Assembly: GCA_964247055.1 (NCBI GenBank)
Contig: OZ176051.1
Coordinates: forward strand, 10,416,001-10,480,000
DNA from: Paragordius varius
Lineage: Eukaryota; Animalia; Nematomorpha
Direction of reading: 5' to 3'
DNA: 64,000 bases
Part shown: piece after piece, positions 52,621 through 64,000 of the stretch
Numbering within the stretch: position 1 is the stretch's first letter
Layout: every line of letters starts with the position of its first letter
Notes under the pieces: model-generated
Databases searched by the model: none
Seen by the model: the letters and a program-made list of their open reading frames with translations, nothing else
What the model was told of the DNA's origin: nothing
Made by a program: the position numbers and the translations under genes

Positions 52621-54718
52621 AACTAGCGTAAATTTCGTGCTCCTACGCAGTTCAAGGAAGTCCTTCGGACTTCTTGGGGGCTTAATTTCAAAAAATGTAT
52701 CAATGATCCATATATGTGGATTATTTCGAAACATTATTCAATAGCTATGATCTTATAGGATTTTCAAAACGGTGCTTAATTGAAGTTTCAAAACTGTGCA
52801 TTTATACTAATATATTGTTTACTGTTGGGAAAGGCCCAAATTGACGGCTAACAGAAAAAAACGCTTTATTATAGTTTTTACCTTTTTATGGGTATTATTT
52901 AAGCTTTTATTGAACTCGTATGGCTTCTTAAGTTTTTTAAAAATTAGCTCCAAAACCACGCCATTTTTGTATGGCGTTTCAGTTTTAAGCCGGTAGACCC
53001 CTACCCATAGACGTATGGAAAAAGCGCTAAGTTAAATTTTTTGCCTTTATAGGGAAAATATTTGGAATCATCTTTGATACATCGTCTCATGGGTTATTCG
53101 AAAAAATACCTCAAAACTAAATAATCGTTATGTGATGGCGTATTTATCAGCATAATGGCTAACGGCTAATAAAAAACGACTCACCTTAATTATTATCTAG
53201 CAACGGGTAATATTTTAAACTTTAAATAAGCTCATATGGCCACAAGTTTTCTGTAAATTTCCAAAACAACGCAATTTCTATTTAGTAGCGCAATTTTTGG
53301 CAGGCTCCTTATCTAAGGGCAGGTACAAAAAAAGCTTTGGCAAAATTTTTGCCTTTATGTGGGGAATATATTGAATTATCATGGATTCCATATGTTCTGA
53401 TAAACTCTAGGAAACGTTGCTTCCAAACTAAAAAATTGTTCTATCGCGGCGCATTTTTCAGTAGGTAAAACTTTACTTAGCGACTCATTGAAATAACCCC
53501 CTATCTAAAATTAGTTTTTTAAGGGGTAATAAATATTTTAAGCCCTTAACTCACATTATCTCATAGGTTTTCTAAAATTTGGCTCCAAAGGCATGCTGTA
53601 TCGATATGGTGACGCAGTTTCACAAGGGTAGCCCCCTAACCAGGGGCGAAACAAAAAAACGCTCGATTAAAATTTTTGCCATAATATTGGGAATCATGAT
53701 TGATTCCATATGCTCTCGTGGGGTTTTCGAAAAATTGAATCAAAACCAATAAGTCATTCTATGGTGGCGCATTTTTCAGGGCAAGGGCCTAATTAAGGGG
53801 TAATTTTAAGAGAACCGCTCGACTTAAATTTTTGCCTTTTTTAGGGTAATATTTCAGGCCTTTATAAAACTTAAATGGCCTGATAAGTTCTCTGAAAATT
53901 AACTTTTAAACAACGCCATTTCGGTGTGGCGCAGTTTAAGGCAGTCCCCATACCCAGAGGCTTACAAAAAAAGCGCTTGAAAAAATTTTTGCCTTTTTAC
54001 GGAAAATACCTGGAATTATAATTGATTCCATATGCTCTCATTAGTTTTTGGAAAAATTGCCTTAAAACTGAAAAATTATTCTATGGTGGCGCATTTTTCA
54101 GGGCGCGAAGGGCCTAATTAACTGCTAATTTTAAATCGCACGACCTAAATGCTTGCCTTGTTACGGGTCATATTTAAGCACATATTAAACTCTTATAGCA
54201 GATAGGTTTTCTGGAATTTAGCCCTAAAGGCACGCTATTTCGATATGACGGGGCAGTTTTTAACAAGTATCTCCTTACCCAGCAGCTAATATAAAAAACG
54301 CACGACCAAAATTTTGGCCTTTAAACGGGGAATCCTGGAATCCTCATTGAATTTTTTTGGGAGACAAATAGATGAAGAAATATTTTTGTGAACTTTGTTT
54401 TTTAAAAAAATGGCATTTTACGGGGGGATCGGGTGAAAAATGAAAAAATAAATAAAAATCATATTTGAAATTGAATGGTTCAACAGATTTTCCGGAAAAT
54501 TGTCTTAAAAACACTATTTTTGTGCACTTGTTTTTAAAAAAAACTTTTTAAACGGGGTGGGCCCAAACTGGGGGCCTAAATCAAAAAAAAGAACATAACT
54601 ATTGTCGGGGAATTCATTAATGATTATATATTTTTCGACATTTGGATTTGAAGGGGTCTACCGGTGTACCGGAAACAGATCACAAAACCACTATTTTCAT
54701 TTTTATAAATATATAGAT
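52621..54718 (+). mobile_element. Putative non-autonomous Helitron/Helentron-like element carrying a central ~160-bp tandem array
   Basis: Starts AACTAG right after a TA run; ends in hairpin CCGG-TGTA-CCGG then ACAGAT...TTTTATAAATATATAGAT; contains about 10 tandem ~160-bp units (52700-54350). Confidence 0.5.
52700..54350. repeat. ~160-bp satellite with an alternating A/B (~318-bp) higher-order period
   Basis: Anchors GGCGCATTTTTCAG at ~53137, 53448, 53766, 54088 and the alternate GGCG-CAGTTT at ~52973, 53287, 53611, 53928, 54247; both units share AAATTTTTGCCTTT..GG.AATA. Confidence 0.88.
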
Positions 54719-54960
54719 TATTATTATTTCATTATTTTTTTAAAGGGTTATTAATAATTGATGTCACTTTTCGCCTCGATTGGTAATGGTGTCTTAAGGA
54801 AATAGACACGATGCAAATCCACCTTATGAATTTAAGACTCATGTGGCATCCTATAAATTTGGATGAAAAAAATTTTATAAATGTTTAAAAAACATGTGTG
54901 TTATAAAATACAATTAAACATCCATGAGAGAGAGTCAATGAGACAATTGGCTAATTCCCT

Positions 54961-56280
54961 GTAATTTTTATTTTTTGTATTTCCCAAAAAATTGTAGGAA
55001 AACGTTTGCTCTGCAATCCATGCCGCCCTTTCTTTGGGTTGCATTTTGGATTCAAATGCTAAATGGTTGAAAAGATTTGTTACCTAAAATTAAATGTAAA
55101 TACCTGCAGCCCTATTAAAACTGCGGCGTTAATTTTTGTGGGAGTCATTTTAAATCTTTCAAAATAAATGGCCCCAGCCTCGCCATTTCATCAAACACAA
55201 AAATGCTTTGGCCAATCCATGCAGCGGGTGCAATGTCGGCAAAACAATTTGTTAGCCGATATTAACAGAGAAAAATCGAATTCTTGGGCCCAACTTTATA
55301 ATTTGTTGCCAATTCTTTTAGTGTTTGGGTGTCACTCGAGTACCACTTACACAGGGGGGGGGGAATATTTTGGAAACCCTTTTTATATTTCAAAAACTAA
55401 TCCAATGATCTATAAAAAATAATAGAATCATAAAAGCTTTAAATCCTTTGTAACATGCCAATAATGATGTCCGTATCGCACTAGTTCAAAAATGTTTTCA
55501 AAAACATTATAAGCCTCCTTATAAACACTGCTATAAGCTATTATTCTGTGGGGCCATTAGTCGGACAGATCTTAAGATAAAAAGTTTTTGAAATAGAGAA
55601 ATAAACGCAAATATTTGACCGAAAACAGTTCTGTGACTTGGTGTCACAATTAATTGGTCTCATGAAGGAAATAAATTACGAATATTATTCACACAGTGGG
55701 TATTGTTATACTTCTCAGGCACACAATATTTGACATTTAGGAAAGTTTTAAAGGTTTTTTGATAGACCGTGCCGGAGAACGCAGGCCAATTTTAATAACT
55801 TATAGCCTTGTTTATAACAAGCTTATGACGTTTTCGAAAACATTTTTTAAACTAATACGATACGAATATTATTATTGGCATGTTACAGGGGATTATAAAG
55901 ACACAAAAAAATGGCTCAAGAAATTATAAAGTTGGGCCAAAGAATCAGATATTTTCCCCATTAATATCGGCTAACTAATTTGTTTTGCCGTCATTGCACA
56001 CGCTGCTTGGATTGGCCAAAACATTTTTGTGTGGCCTTGATAAAAATGACGAAGCTTGGGCCAATTATTTTGGAAAATTCAAGATGACGCCCGCAAAAAT
56101 TAGCGCCGTAGTTTTGATAGCGTTGCAGGTATATACATTTAATTTTAGGTGACGAGTCTTTTCAGCGATTTGGCGTTTGCATACAAAATGCAACCCAAAG
56201 AAAGAGCGGCATGGTTTGCATTGCGAACCTTTTACCTTAAAAATAGATTAAATTCGTTAAATACAAAATAAAAATTTATA
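54961..56280. mobile_element. Large foldback element: ~500-bp diverged inverted arms around a ~240-bp spacer
   Basis: 54961-55550 versus the reverse complement of 55795-56280 (e.g. CATGCCGCCCTTTCTTTGGGTTGCATTTT / AAAATGCAACCCAAAGAAAGAGCGGCATG; TGTAACATGCCAATAAT / ATTATTGGCATGTTACA). The left arm has an extra ~120-bp insert at ~55313-55430. Confidence 0.8.
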
Positions 56281-58239
56281 AACAATATAAATAAACAAAT
56301 TTAAAAATGCGTATTCTATCAATTTTTCTAAAAAATACCGTTTGGAAAGATGCAATGATTAATGAAATCCTTTCATTGCTGCTTATTTATTTCTATTATT
56401 AATTTATGATGGTAAGCAAACATTATTCATCATATAATCAAAATGAATGTTTGGAGAAGTTACGGAAGGTCCAAGGAATAAGGAACCGGACGAATTGCGC
56501 AAGGAAAGTTTGGATATTCGATAGGTTTTTAGTTTTTTTTGGTAATATTAATTTAAGATGGTTTTAGCATTCCACAAAAGTAACATTATCTTGGCTTACG
56601 CCATATCATAGGGGCAGCCCAAGGGAGTCCAGGTCTGGTTTTGTGGTACCATGCTCCCAAATTAAAGCTACATGTCCGAGTTGTTTGGGGCGCAACTCTT
56701 ATCTAAGTCCCTTAATGATTAGTTCAAAAAATAAAAATATTTTTTAAGTAAATGGTAATGTTTATTTGTTTATTGTCCACATATATGGCAAATAATATTT
56801 TTATCCGTTGGGCCTAAATTATAATTAATTGTTTCGTGATGATTATATTTTTTGTACATTTTGGGTGTATATTAACGTATTCCTGTTGAACAGAGGTGAT
56901 AGAGTGTAATTACTTGTGGGAAATATTCGGAAATATAAGATGAAATAGAAAGTCTAATAATTCCACGAGTAAATTTTAAATTTTTTAAAAAAAACAGCAA
57001 AAATGGTGTAAAAAAGTTTATTATTATATCTAAATAAATTCGTTCTAATATATATGATAATAAAAAATATTTGGGTCAAAAAATGTTAACATACCCAATT
57101 TTTGAGGATTTCTGCCCGCTGCAATAAATATTAGATATTTTAAGTTAATTTTTTTTATTTTTAAAATTGTTGGGTTTTTATAAAAATATCTTTATACACC
57201 AGTATTTTATTAACTAAAAATATATTTACAAACGAGATATTGAAAATGTAAAAATTTGGAAAAAATCCCATATCTCGAAAACGACCTCGATAACTTTGTT
57301 TTTTCAATTTAAGATTTAGAAAAAGTTGTGTCACAGTGTAATTTAATATTGAGTTTTATCAGCTAGAATAAACAGATAGTATTGGTTTAAAGGTGCTAAT
57401 TTTACAACATCAAATTTTATATTTTCACATCTTAAAACACTTTAATTACATTTTAACTTTGCATCAAAATCCTATGAATTATGCTCCACCAAAATTTTTT
57501 CACTATTTTTGAAGCAATATATGCATTTATTCAGAATTTTTATTAATGTAATAATTTAGTGTATGTATAAAAAATTGTTTCGGCGATCTCGACATTTTTT
57601 GAGAAAAGGCCCTATTTGGAGGGATGGGTTTAAATTAAAAAATTATTATAAATATACTTTTTAAATATATTTGATGATATTTTGTCAAATAAAGTTAGTA
57701 TTTGCCAAAAACTTCATTTTATATAATCGCCTTTGTGATTTTTTGATATCGAAAAATCCACCAAATACAAATAACTTTATTTCACTCGTAAGCCCCAAAA
57801 CCAAAAATGCAGTTTTCTGACTATCAGTATATATTTTTTATGATATTCATTGTGTTCAGTGAGCATATATATCAGGGGTCTATGGACAGCGTACACTCAT
57901 ATCTTAATGAAATATATGTTTCTCTTCGAAAAGAATCAGAATTCTCATGGTGCTCTAGTAGATATATCTAAAAATGGCCTAGCTGGCCGCATTGAAAAGA
58001 TTAAACAAATGAACATCAATTAATATTTTATTATATTTCAATCATAGGACTGTAAAAAAATAAACAGAATAATGTACTAATTAGCAAAATTTGGAGAGAT
58101 TCTTTAATACCTTTACGCTTTTCGTCCATATAAATTTTTAATAAATGATCATTTTTACCTTATTAAAGAAGTCATAAAATTTTACAAAATCCAATAGGGT
58201 ATTATGTGGTTTATTTATATATTAACCATGACTTTTTTG

Positions 58240-59314
58240 GGGTATTATTTTATCCTAGGGCTAACTGAAATTTAAATATTTTCAAATAAATTTGCATTAT
58301 TAGAAGATATAAATAATTAAATTTATCAGCTATCATCATGCATTTACCAGTAAAATTTGATTTTATTGATAAATTGTTTAGTTCAATCATGTTTTGAAGC
58401 TGTCCCAATTTACGATTCTAGAAGTTGCAAAACTGTACTAAATATAAGCTTTTTATCAAATCCTAATCCAAGATAACAATTGATAATTGAATTTTAACTA
58501 TAACTAAAACTAATAAACATAGTTTTTTACTTATGGAATTAACCCAAATGTCTTTGCGGAAAAAAAGTGAAATTGTCGTGAAGTGTTTAAATTAGTGTAT
58601 AACAAAATTAGAATTTGGACTGTCATGAAAACGCATGATGAGTACCAGTAATGTACATTTTAATAAAAAAATGACAATGGAGCTAAAGTAAGTTTTAAAA
58701 ATTTCAAGAGTGGATGCAGTTATGATCCAAAAAGGTATTGAAGAAGTTTAACAAACGTACATAGTGGTAAAAAATGTTAATAACTCTTCGATTCAAATTT
58801 GGGTATCAAAATATCCCATACTATTTTTAAAAAACTACTGAAAGAAACGGTCCCAATTTAAATTCATGATTCTATCCTACTTAAAATTATATAAATAAGC
58901 CGAAATATCTAAACAAAATTAAGTTGTAAAACAAATTACCACATCACACTACTTCGCCGCCATTTTTATTTTACAATATTTTTTGTAAAATATCGTGTTT
59001 ATTTAATTTTAAAGCTAATTTTTTATTTAAATAATATCTAATATTGATAGAAATAGCAAAAGTAGTTAATTTTGTCTTATTTTTAAATTAAGCCAATGCA
59101 CACATGCCACGTTGACTATAGTTTTACCTTATAAGTAATATTAAGTATTTTTGAATAAATTATTCTTTATATATCGGTTCATATGTTATATAAGTCCAAA
59201 CTTTTATGATTGCAACCGTTTTTTTTTTCAAGTATATTATTTTAAACAAGCCTGGGGTATCTAACTACCCAAATATGAATCGAAGGACTAAAATGATGGT
59301 GTTGTATACAAGTG
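58240..59314. mobile_element. Two piggyBac-like fragments: a forward right end (58240-58585) and a reversed left end (58785-59314)
   Basis: GCTGTCCCAATTT...GTGAAGTG|TTTAA, and ACTACTGAAAGAAACGGTCCCAATTT...GTGTTGTATACAAGTG|TTAA. Confidence 0.65.
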
Positions 59315-59942
59315 TTAAATATAATGAAATATATATAATCAGAACGAGAGGAAAATATCATAGATGTGAATCTCGTGAATAATAAAATTTCATCATTTTT
59401 TACAGAGAAGTTCTTGCTGCTATATTTAATTACATTTATCAGTTATTATATATGGAATACTTTAAAAATGTAAATTTTATTTAAATAGTTATTAATATAT
59501 TAAAATCTAAATATGTAAATAAATGAATAAGTTACATTTAATCCTATATATACTATATTTATATATTTAATATGCCATCTATTTAAACAATATATTTTAT
59601 ATTTACATAATATTATATTGTCGCGTAATGAATGACTAAGCTAAATTATTTATTATTGAATTATTACCCAGAATGTATATTTTATTTTTTAGGCCCTGCC
59701 ATATTATATACGGATTTTATTAATACTATTTAAAGCTAAAGTTTTTCGAGTAATAACATTTTTATATAATTTAGAGTCTGGTGTATAGTTGGTATATTTT
59801 AAATTTATTCGTTATTAACAATAAAAAGTTGTGTTTATTAGGTAACATCTAATCATATTCTCCGTCTTAACAACATATTACCTTTTTTACTGAAACAAAA
59901 TGATATTTATAATGTATAACATAATTTATTTCCTTATAATTA

Positions 59943-60170
59943 CAGTCATGTATCATTTATTTTATCAAAAATTTATTTTTTTTCGTTAAATGGGTATGAA
60001 TATTTGGTAAAAAATGGAAAAAACAAGAGCTCTATGGTAATTCTTATATTTTTTGGATGAAAATGATATTTTTAATACCATAGAGCTCTTGTTTTTTCCA
60101 TTCTTTAAAAAATTTATACCCATTTAACGAAAGAAAATAAATTTTTGATAAAATAAAGGATACATGACTG
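59943..60170. mobile_element. Young Tc1/mariner-type palindromic MITE (228 bp)
   Basis: TA|CAGTCATGTA ... TACATGACTG|TA; ~100-bp arms that are nearly perfect inverted repeats around a ~30-bp loop. Confidence 0.85.
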
Positions 60171-60269
60171 TATAACTTTTATAAAGATAAACTACAAATT
60201 TTTATTACTAAACTATAGCTATATTGTAAAGTAAAAAGTTGATTATTTTGGATAAAAAATCTATTCAAA

Positions 60270-61186
60270 TCAAACGCAGGAATCATTGCTACATCTTTTC
60301 CCTCTTGGACAGCACAATTGTTTCCCACCATGGCAACAAGTGGCATGCATCATTTCACAACATTCAAAACGGGTTTCAAGGTTAAATTCTTTCTCCAAAA
60401 CACTGTATAACGCCTCTAAATTTTGTTCTTTTAAAGTCAAAACTTGCTCCATTACGGAATGCAAGTCTCCAAAGCCAATGATTGTTTCATTCATATTGGC
60501 ATACGTTTTACAACAGGTTTGTTGAGGTTTACAGCGTGTATGATGATCTATATTGAATAAAATATATTGCATATACTTAACGATATATTATTTTTAAAAC
60601 CTTTTGGCCAAAAATTACATTTAAAAATTAAAAAAATAGAAAGATCAAAATAATCCCAAAATTTTGGTGTAAAATTTTTGAACCCAAAAAAATGGTATAT
60701 GTCTGATTCCCTACCAAGAATTATATTAAATCTGAATCTAACAGTCGACGCATCGTTGGCTCGGGTCGGTCGGTTATAAAGTTTATCAGTGAAATTTTAT
60801 ATGTTAAACATTTGGCAGGCCACAAACCGCGTAACTTACCCAACCTAGATTAGGTAAGATTAAGCAAAATGGGAAAATAAAAAAAAAAATACCATTTATA
60901 ATTTTTTCGTCAAGGGCAAAATAATCTGCAAACTATATAACTACTTGGTTAAAATACCTGGACATCTATTATCATATTTGATCCCTAAAGCTTGATCTAC
61001 TTTTGTATTGAAGTCAACTTCAAAACTATCGTTGTGTTTATGGTGTGGATCCTTTCAAATGAATACATAATTATTTTCACATATTAATAAATCAGTTTAA
61101 AGATTCGTATAAAATATTATTACCATACATGTCCAGGACGAATTAATTATAATTAAAAATATAATTGGAGTTAAAAGTTTTAGCAT
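60270..61186 (-). CDS. GRN: Secreted single-domain granulin-like protein (~144 aa)
   Basis: Exons 61186-61124 (MLKLLTPIIFLIIINSSWTCM, signal-peptide-like), 61051-60958 (...YDNRCP) and 60547-60270, all GT-AG and in phase. Module C-X6-C-X5-CC-X49-CC-X6-CC-X6-CCP-X4-C-X4-C retains all 12 granulin cysteines. Confidence 0.8.
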
Positions 61187-62089
61187 CGGTCTAATAGAAC
61201 GTTGTAAACCAATGAGTTAGTAATTATGGTAACAATTTTATGTTTAAAGAAAAAATGGTTATGAATAAATTTGAATTTTTATCCTTTATATACAATTCTG
61301 ACTCCTGCCAAATAAAAGACGCAAAATCATGGTGTGGTTTATTAAATATAAAAAATATCCACAAGATTACATTAAATAATTTGATGCGTTTATCTTAAAT
61401 AATTTATATGAATGGGATTTAATGTAAAATAAGCACCATATGTTTTCCTAAAAATTTTGTCTCTTAATCTAGGTTTACAGATGCACCCAAAAATCTAATA
61501 TTCTATCCTATAATCATCAATCATGTTCAAAATTTTATATTTGAGATAAATTTTTTGTATAGCTTTATGATTATTAAAAAATATCATTTTAAATTTTTTG
61601 TTATTTTTAAGATATGGTCATATCTAAATTATATTTTTCTCGATGTATGGCATTTAATATCTTATAATTTAAAAATGTGAATAACTATTTTATTGGTTTT
61701 AAAATTTATGACCAACTACATTCAGGTGTTTTAGAATTGGTAACAAAATTAACAACAGCAGGACCTAACCTATGGGCATAATGGAGGTCGTGAATTGGTC
61801 TTTTCACTTTTCTATCATATAAAACCATAACTTTTTTGTGGGGTAAAAATTTGAGGTGGGTGCCTTGTTCAGTATAGAGATTTTAATGGCTTACGCTAGT
61901 CAAACCCAATAAAGTAAACCTTCTAACATTTAATTGGTCCTTGCTTTGGAATAATAAGAAATGTATTACAGATTCAATGTTTTCAATTTTACTCGAGTGT
62001 TATCTATCATACTATCATGAAAATAAATAAAACATAACATCAATACTCTTTATAAAGGGGTTTAAAATGACTTCTCTTCACTTGTTTCT

Positions 62090-63345
62090 TCCCCATCCTA
62101 TTTCCTTCAATTCACTTCATCGGTCTTCCTTTTTTCCTTTTCTCTGTAACTTTCCCAAATATCAAATCTTTCTCAAGAGATTTACTTCTTAAAATGTGCC
62201 CTATGGCAAATTTTCCTATTATTATAGCTCCCATTAAGTGACTCTTAATATTTAATTTTTCTCTAATTGTTTCATTCTTAACCTTGTCGGACCACCTTAT
62301 ATTAAACATTTTCCTCTAACACCACATTTCAAATAGCAATTCTTTTTATTTATGTTTAATGGCTATGCATTTCATTACTCTCACTTTAGTTATCATAGAG
62401 ATATCTTTACTTTCCCATAATTTGGCCAACTTTTTCGCAGCTTAGTTCTCTAATGCTATGCGGCTTTTATTATATGGCGTGTAAAAGCCGTTGATATCTA
62501 CAGAGAGCTTAATAATAGGATTTCATTTACTACTTCTACTGTGGTGTCATCTATGACTATATTAGGTTTATTATTTGATGATCTTTTACTTTCTTCTCTT
62601 ACTAACCTTATCATATTATTGAACCTCCTACATTATCTGAGATCATCGTCGTGTCATCTCTGAATCTTCCAGTCTTCCAAGTTCTTCCTTTTCTGTTTGT
62701 GGAGTCTGGAATTCAATTTTTTAACCATATTTAATTCCCCTCTATTCCTAGCTCTTTTTCTTTCTTCAATTATTTTTATACATGTTTTAATTATTCCACT
62801 GGGTTTCTGAGTGATATTATCTGTCTTATTAATAATTAAAATTTATTGGTCACTTCTATCTTATATCTTAAAGGGATTCGTTCTACGTTGTATTTGCATT
62901 CTTTACCCTTCTTCCCGGATTTTATCATGCGCGTTTTAATTGTTGTTATTAATGCTTGGTCGCTTGAGCAGTTACAACATTTCTCGGTATTAGAATTTAT
63001 GAAAAACTTTTTTCATTTTTGTTGTCCTATAAAATAATTTATTTTGTTTTTCCCACAAGGGGGGTTCAGGTGATACCCGTCTTTTATGTTGTTTATACCC
63101 ATGTATTCACAACAAACATTTGATTAATCATACTGAGTCAATCGTTAACCAGCTTCGTTTCTTAAGGCTAATCCGTGTTTTCTTACAATCATGTCGTACT
63201 ATTGATTTCCAGCCTTACTATTCCAATCATCACCTATTATAATCATATTCGTTTTCGGTAAGGAGTTTATTAAGTCTTGAAGCTGTTCATAAAATGCATC
63301 TATTTTTTTCTTGTTCGGAGTCCGTGGAATACACAATGATTCTCA
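62090..63345 (-). mobile_element. Decayed RTE-clade LINE: endonuclease fragment joined to the ORF C-terminus
   Basis: 63345-63080 reads EKIDAFYEQLQDLINSLPKTNMIIIGDDWNSK (APE endonuclease); 62560-62110 reads VIDDTTVEVVNE..., ISMITKVRV, FNIRWSDKVKNETIREKL...GHILRSKSLEKDLIFGKVTEKRKKGRP. Confidence 0.8.
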
Positions 63346-64000
63346 TGATCCTAGAATTATATTTATAAACGTATTGATTGGGGATAAATTTTTTATAATT
63401 ATTTTAGCTAATTTATTATCAAGATTCTTATTGGGAAATTTGTAGGGTTTAGGAAAAACACAGATCTTCATCAAATTCTACAATTTAATTAACCCAGGCC
63501 ATGAAAGTTTTAGGGAAAATGGAACCAAACCGGAATGGTTCTGAAAAACCCAAATAATATAGGAACCGGCTTTCGAAATTCCTGATTATATTTACTAATC
63601 AAATAATATTTTGGTTATGATTTAAAAACAAACATTTTTTAGTATTTTTTTTGATAAAACTAGAATTCTTTAATATACCTATTTTTATTAAATAAATATA
63701 CATTTTAAAGTCTCGTATTTCCTCTCAAGATATTGTCCATCACATTTAAAAAATATGTTAAATCGAATTCCTTATTGGAGCAAAACCAAAAGCAAATACA
63801 TTTAATTTATGATTATATATTACTATTCTTTAATAGATAATGAGTGTAAAAATATTTCAACGTGATTAAATCCTCTCTCATATGAATATATATGGAGTCA
63901 AAAGCCATCAATTAACTCCTTATATATGGGTATGGCCTACATGACCAAATGATATTTAAGCTAGAGTACCCGTACATAATCGCATTTATCAAATTCATAT

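Noticed and set aside
52700-54350. CRISPR-like look of regularly spaced conserved motifs
   Set aside because: The whole ~160-bp units are homologous (no unique spacers), the context is eukaryotic, and there are no cas genes.
55168-55422. ORF 55168-55422 as a foldback-encoded protein
   Set aside because: It lies in a repeat arm, the mirrored arm is not open, and it has no domain motifs.
56540-57810. Further MITE-like repeat, partly mirrored at 51250-51620
   Set aside because: The similarity is real (ATCTCGAAAACGACCTC), but I could not define termini or a TSD well enough to annotate it.

Overview
Very AT-rich, intron-containing animal (invertebrate-like) genomic DNA. It is not prokaryotic, and I saw no rRNA, tRNA or CRISPR array. 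Splicing the ORF fragments by hand at GT-AG sites with matching phase gives seven protein-coding genes: a PDZD2/IL16/big-bang-type multi-PDZ scaffold (+, ~6.9-13.7 kb), an R3-like protein tyrosine phosphatase (+, ~14.3-16.3 kb), an orphan Cys-containing gene (-, 17.6-18.5 kb), FAM114 (-, 21.8-25.2 kb), Rab escort protein REP/CHM (+, 25.2-34.6 kb), Par-3/Bazooka (-, 36.3-50.7 kb) and a secreted single-domain granulin (-, 60.3-61.2 kb). Introns and intergenic DNA hold many transposon relics: a decayed full-length hAT with a perfect 8-bp TSD, hAT, piggyBac-like and Tc1-like MITEs, foldback elements, RTE LINE fragments, a Helitron-like element carrying a ~160-bp satellite, and a ~62-bp satellite. 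The strongest oddities are: FAM114 and REP start codons head-to-head only 24 bp apart, around a CAGCTG palindrome that offers a splice-acceptor AG on both strands; a granulin with all 12 Cys but a 49-aa insertion in its 8-aa loop; and a receptor-type PTP with no ectodomain or TM segment, a ~65-aa insert in the catalytic domain and a 32-nt intron. Gene models and family calls come from manual reading and recalled motifs; no database search was run.
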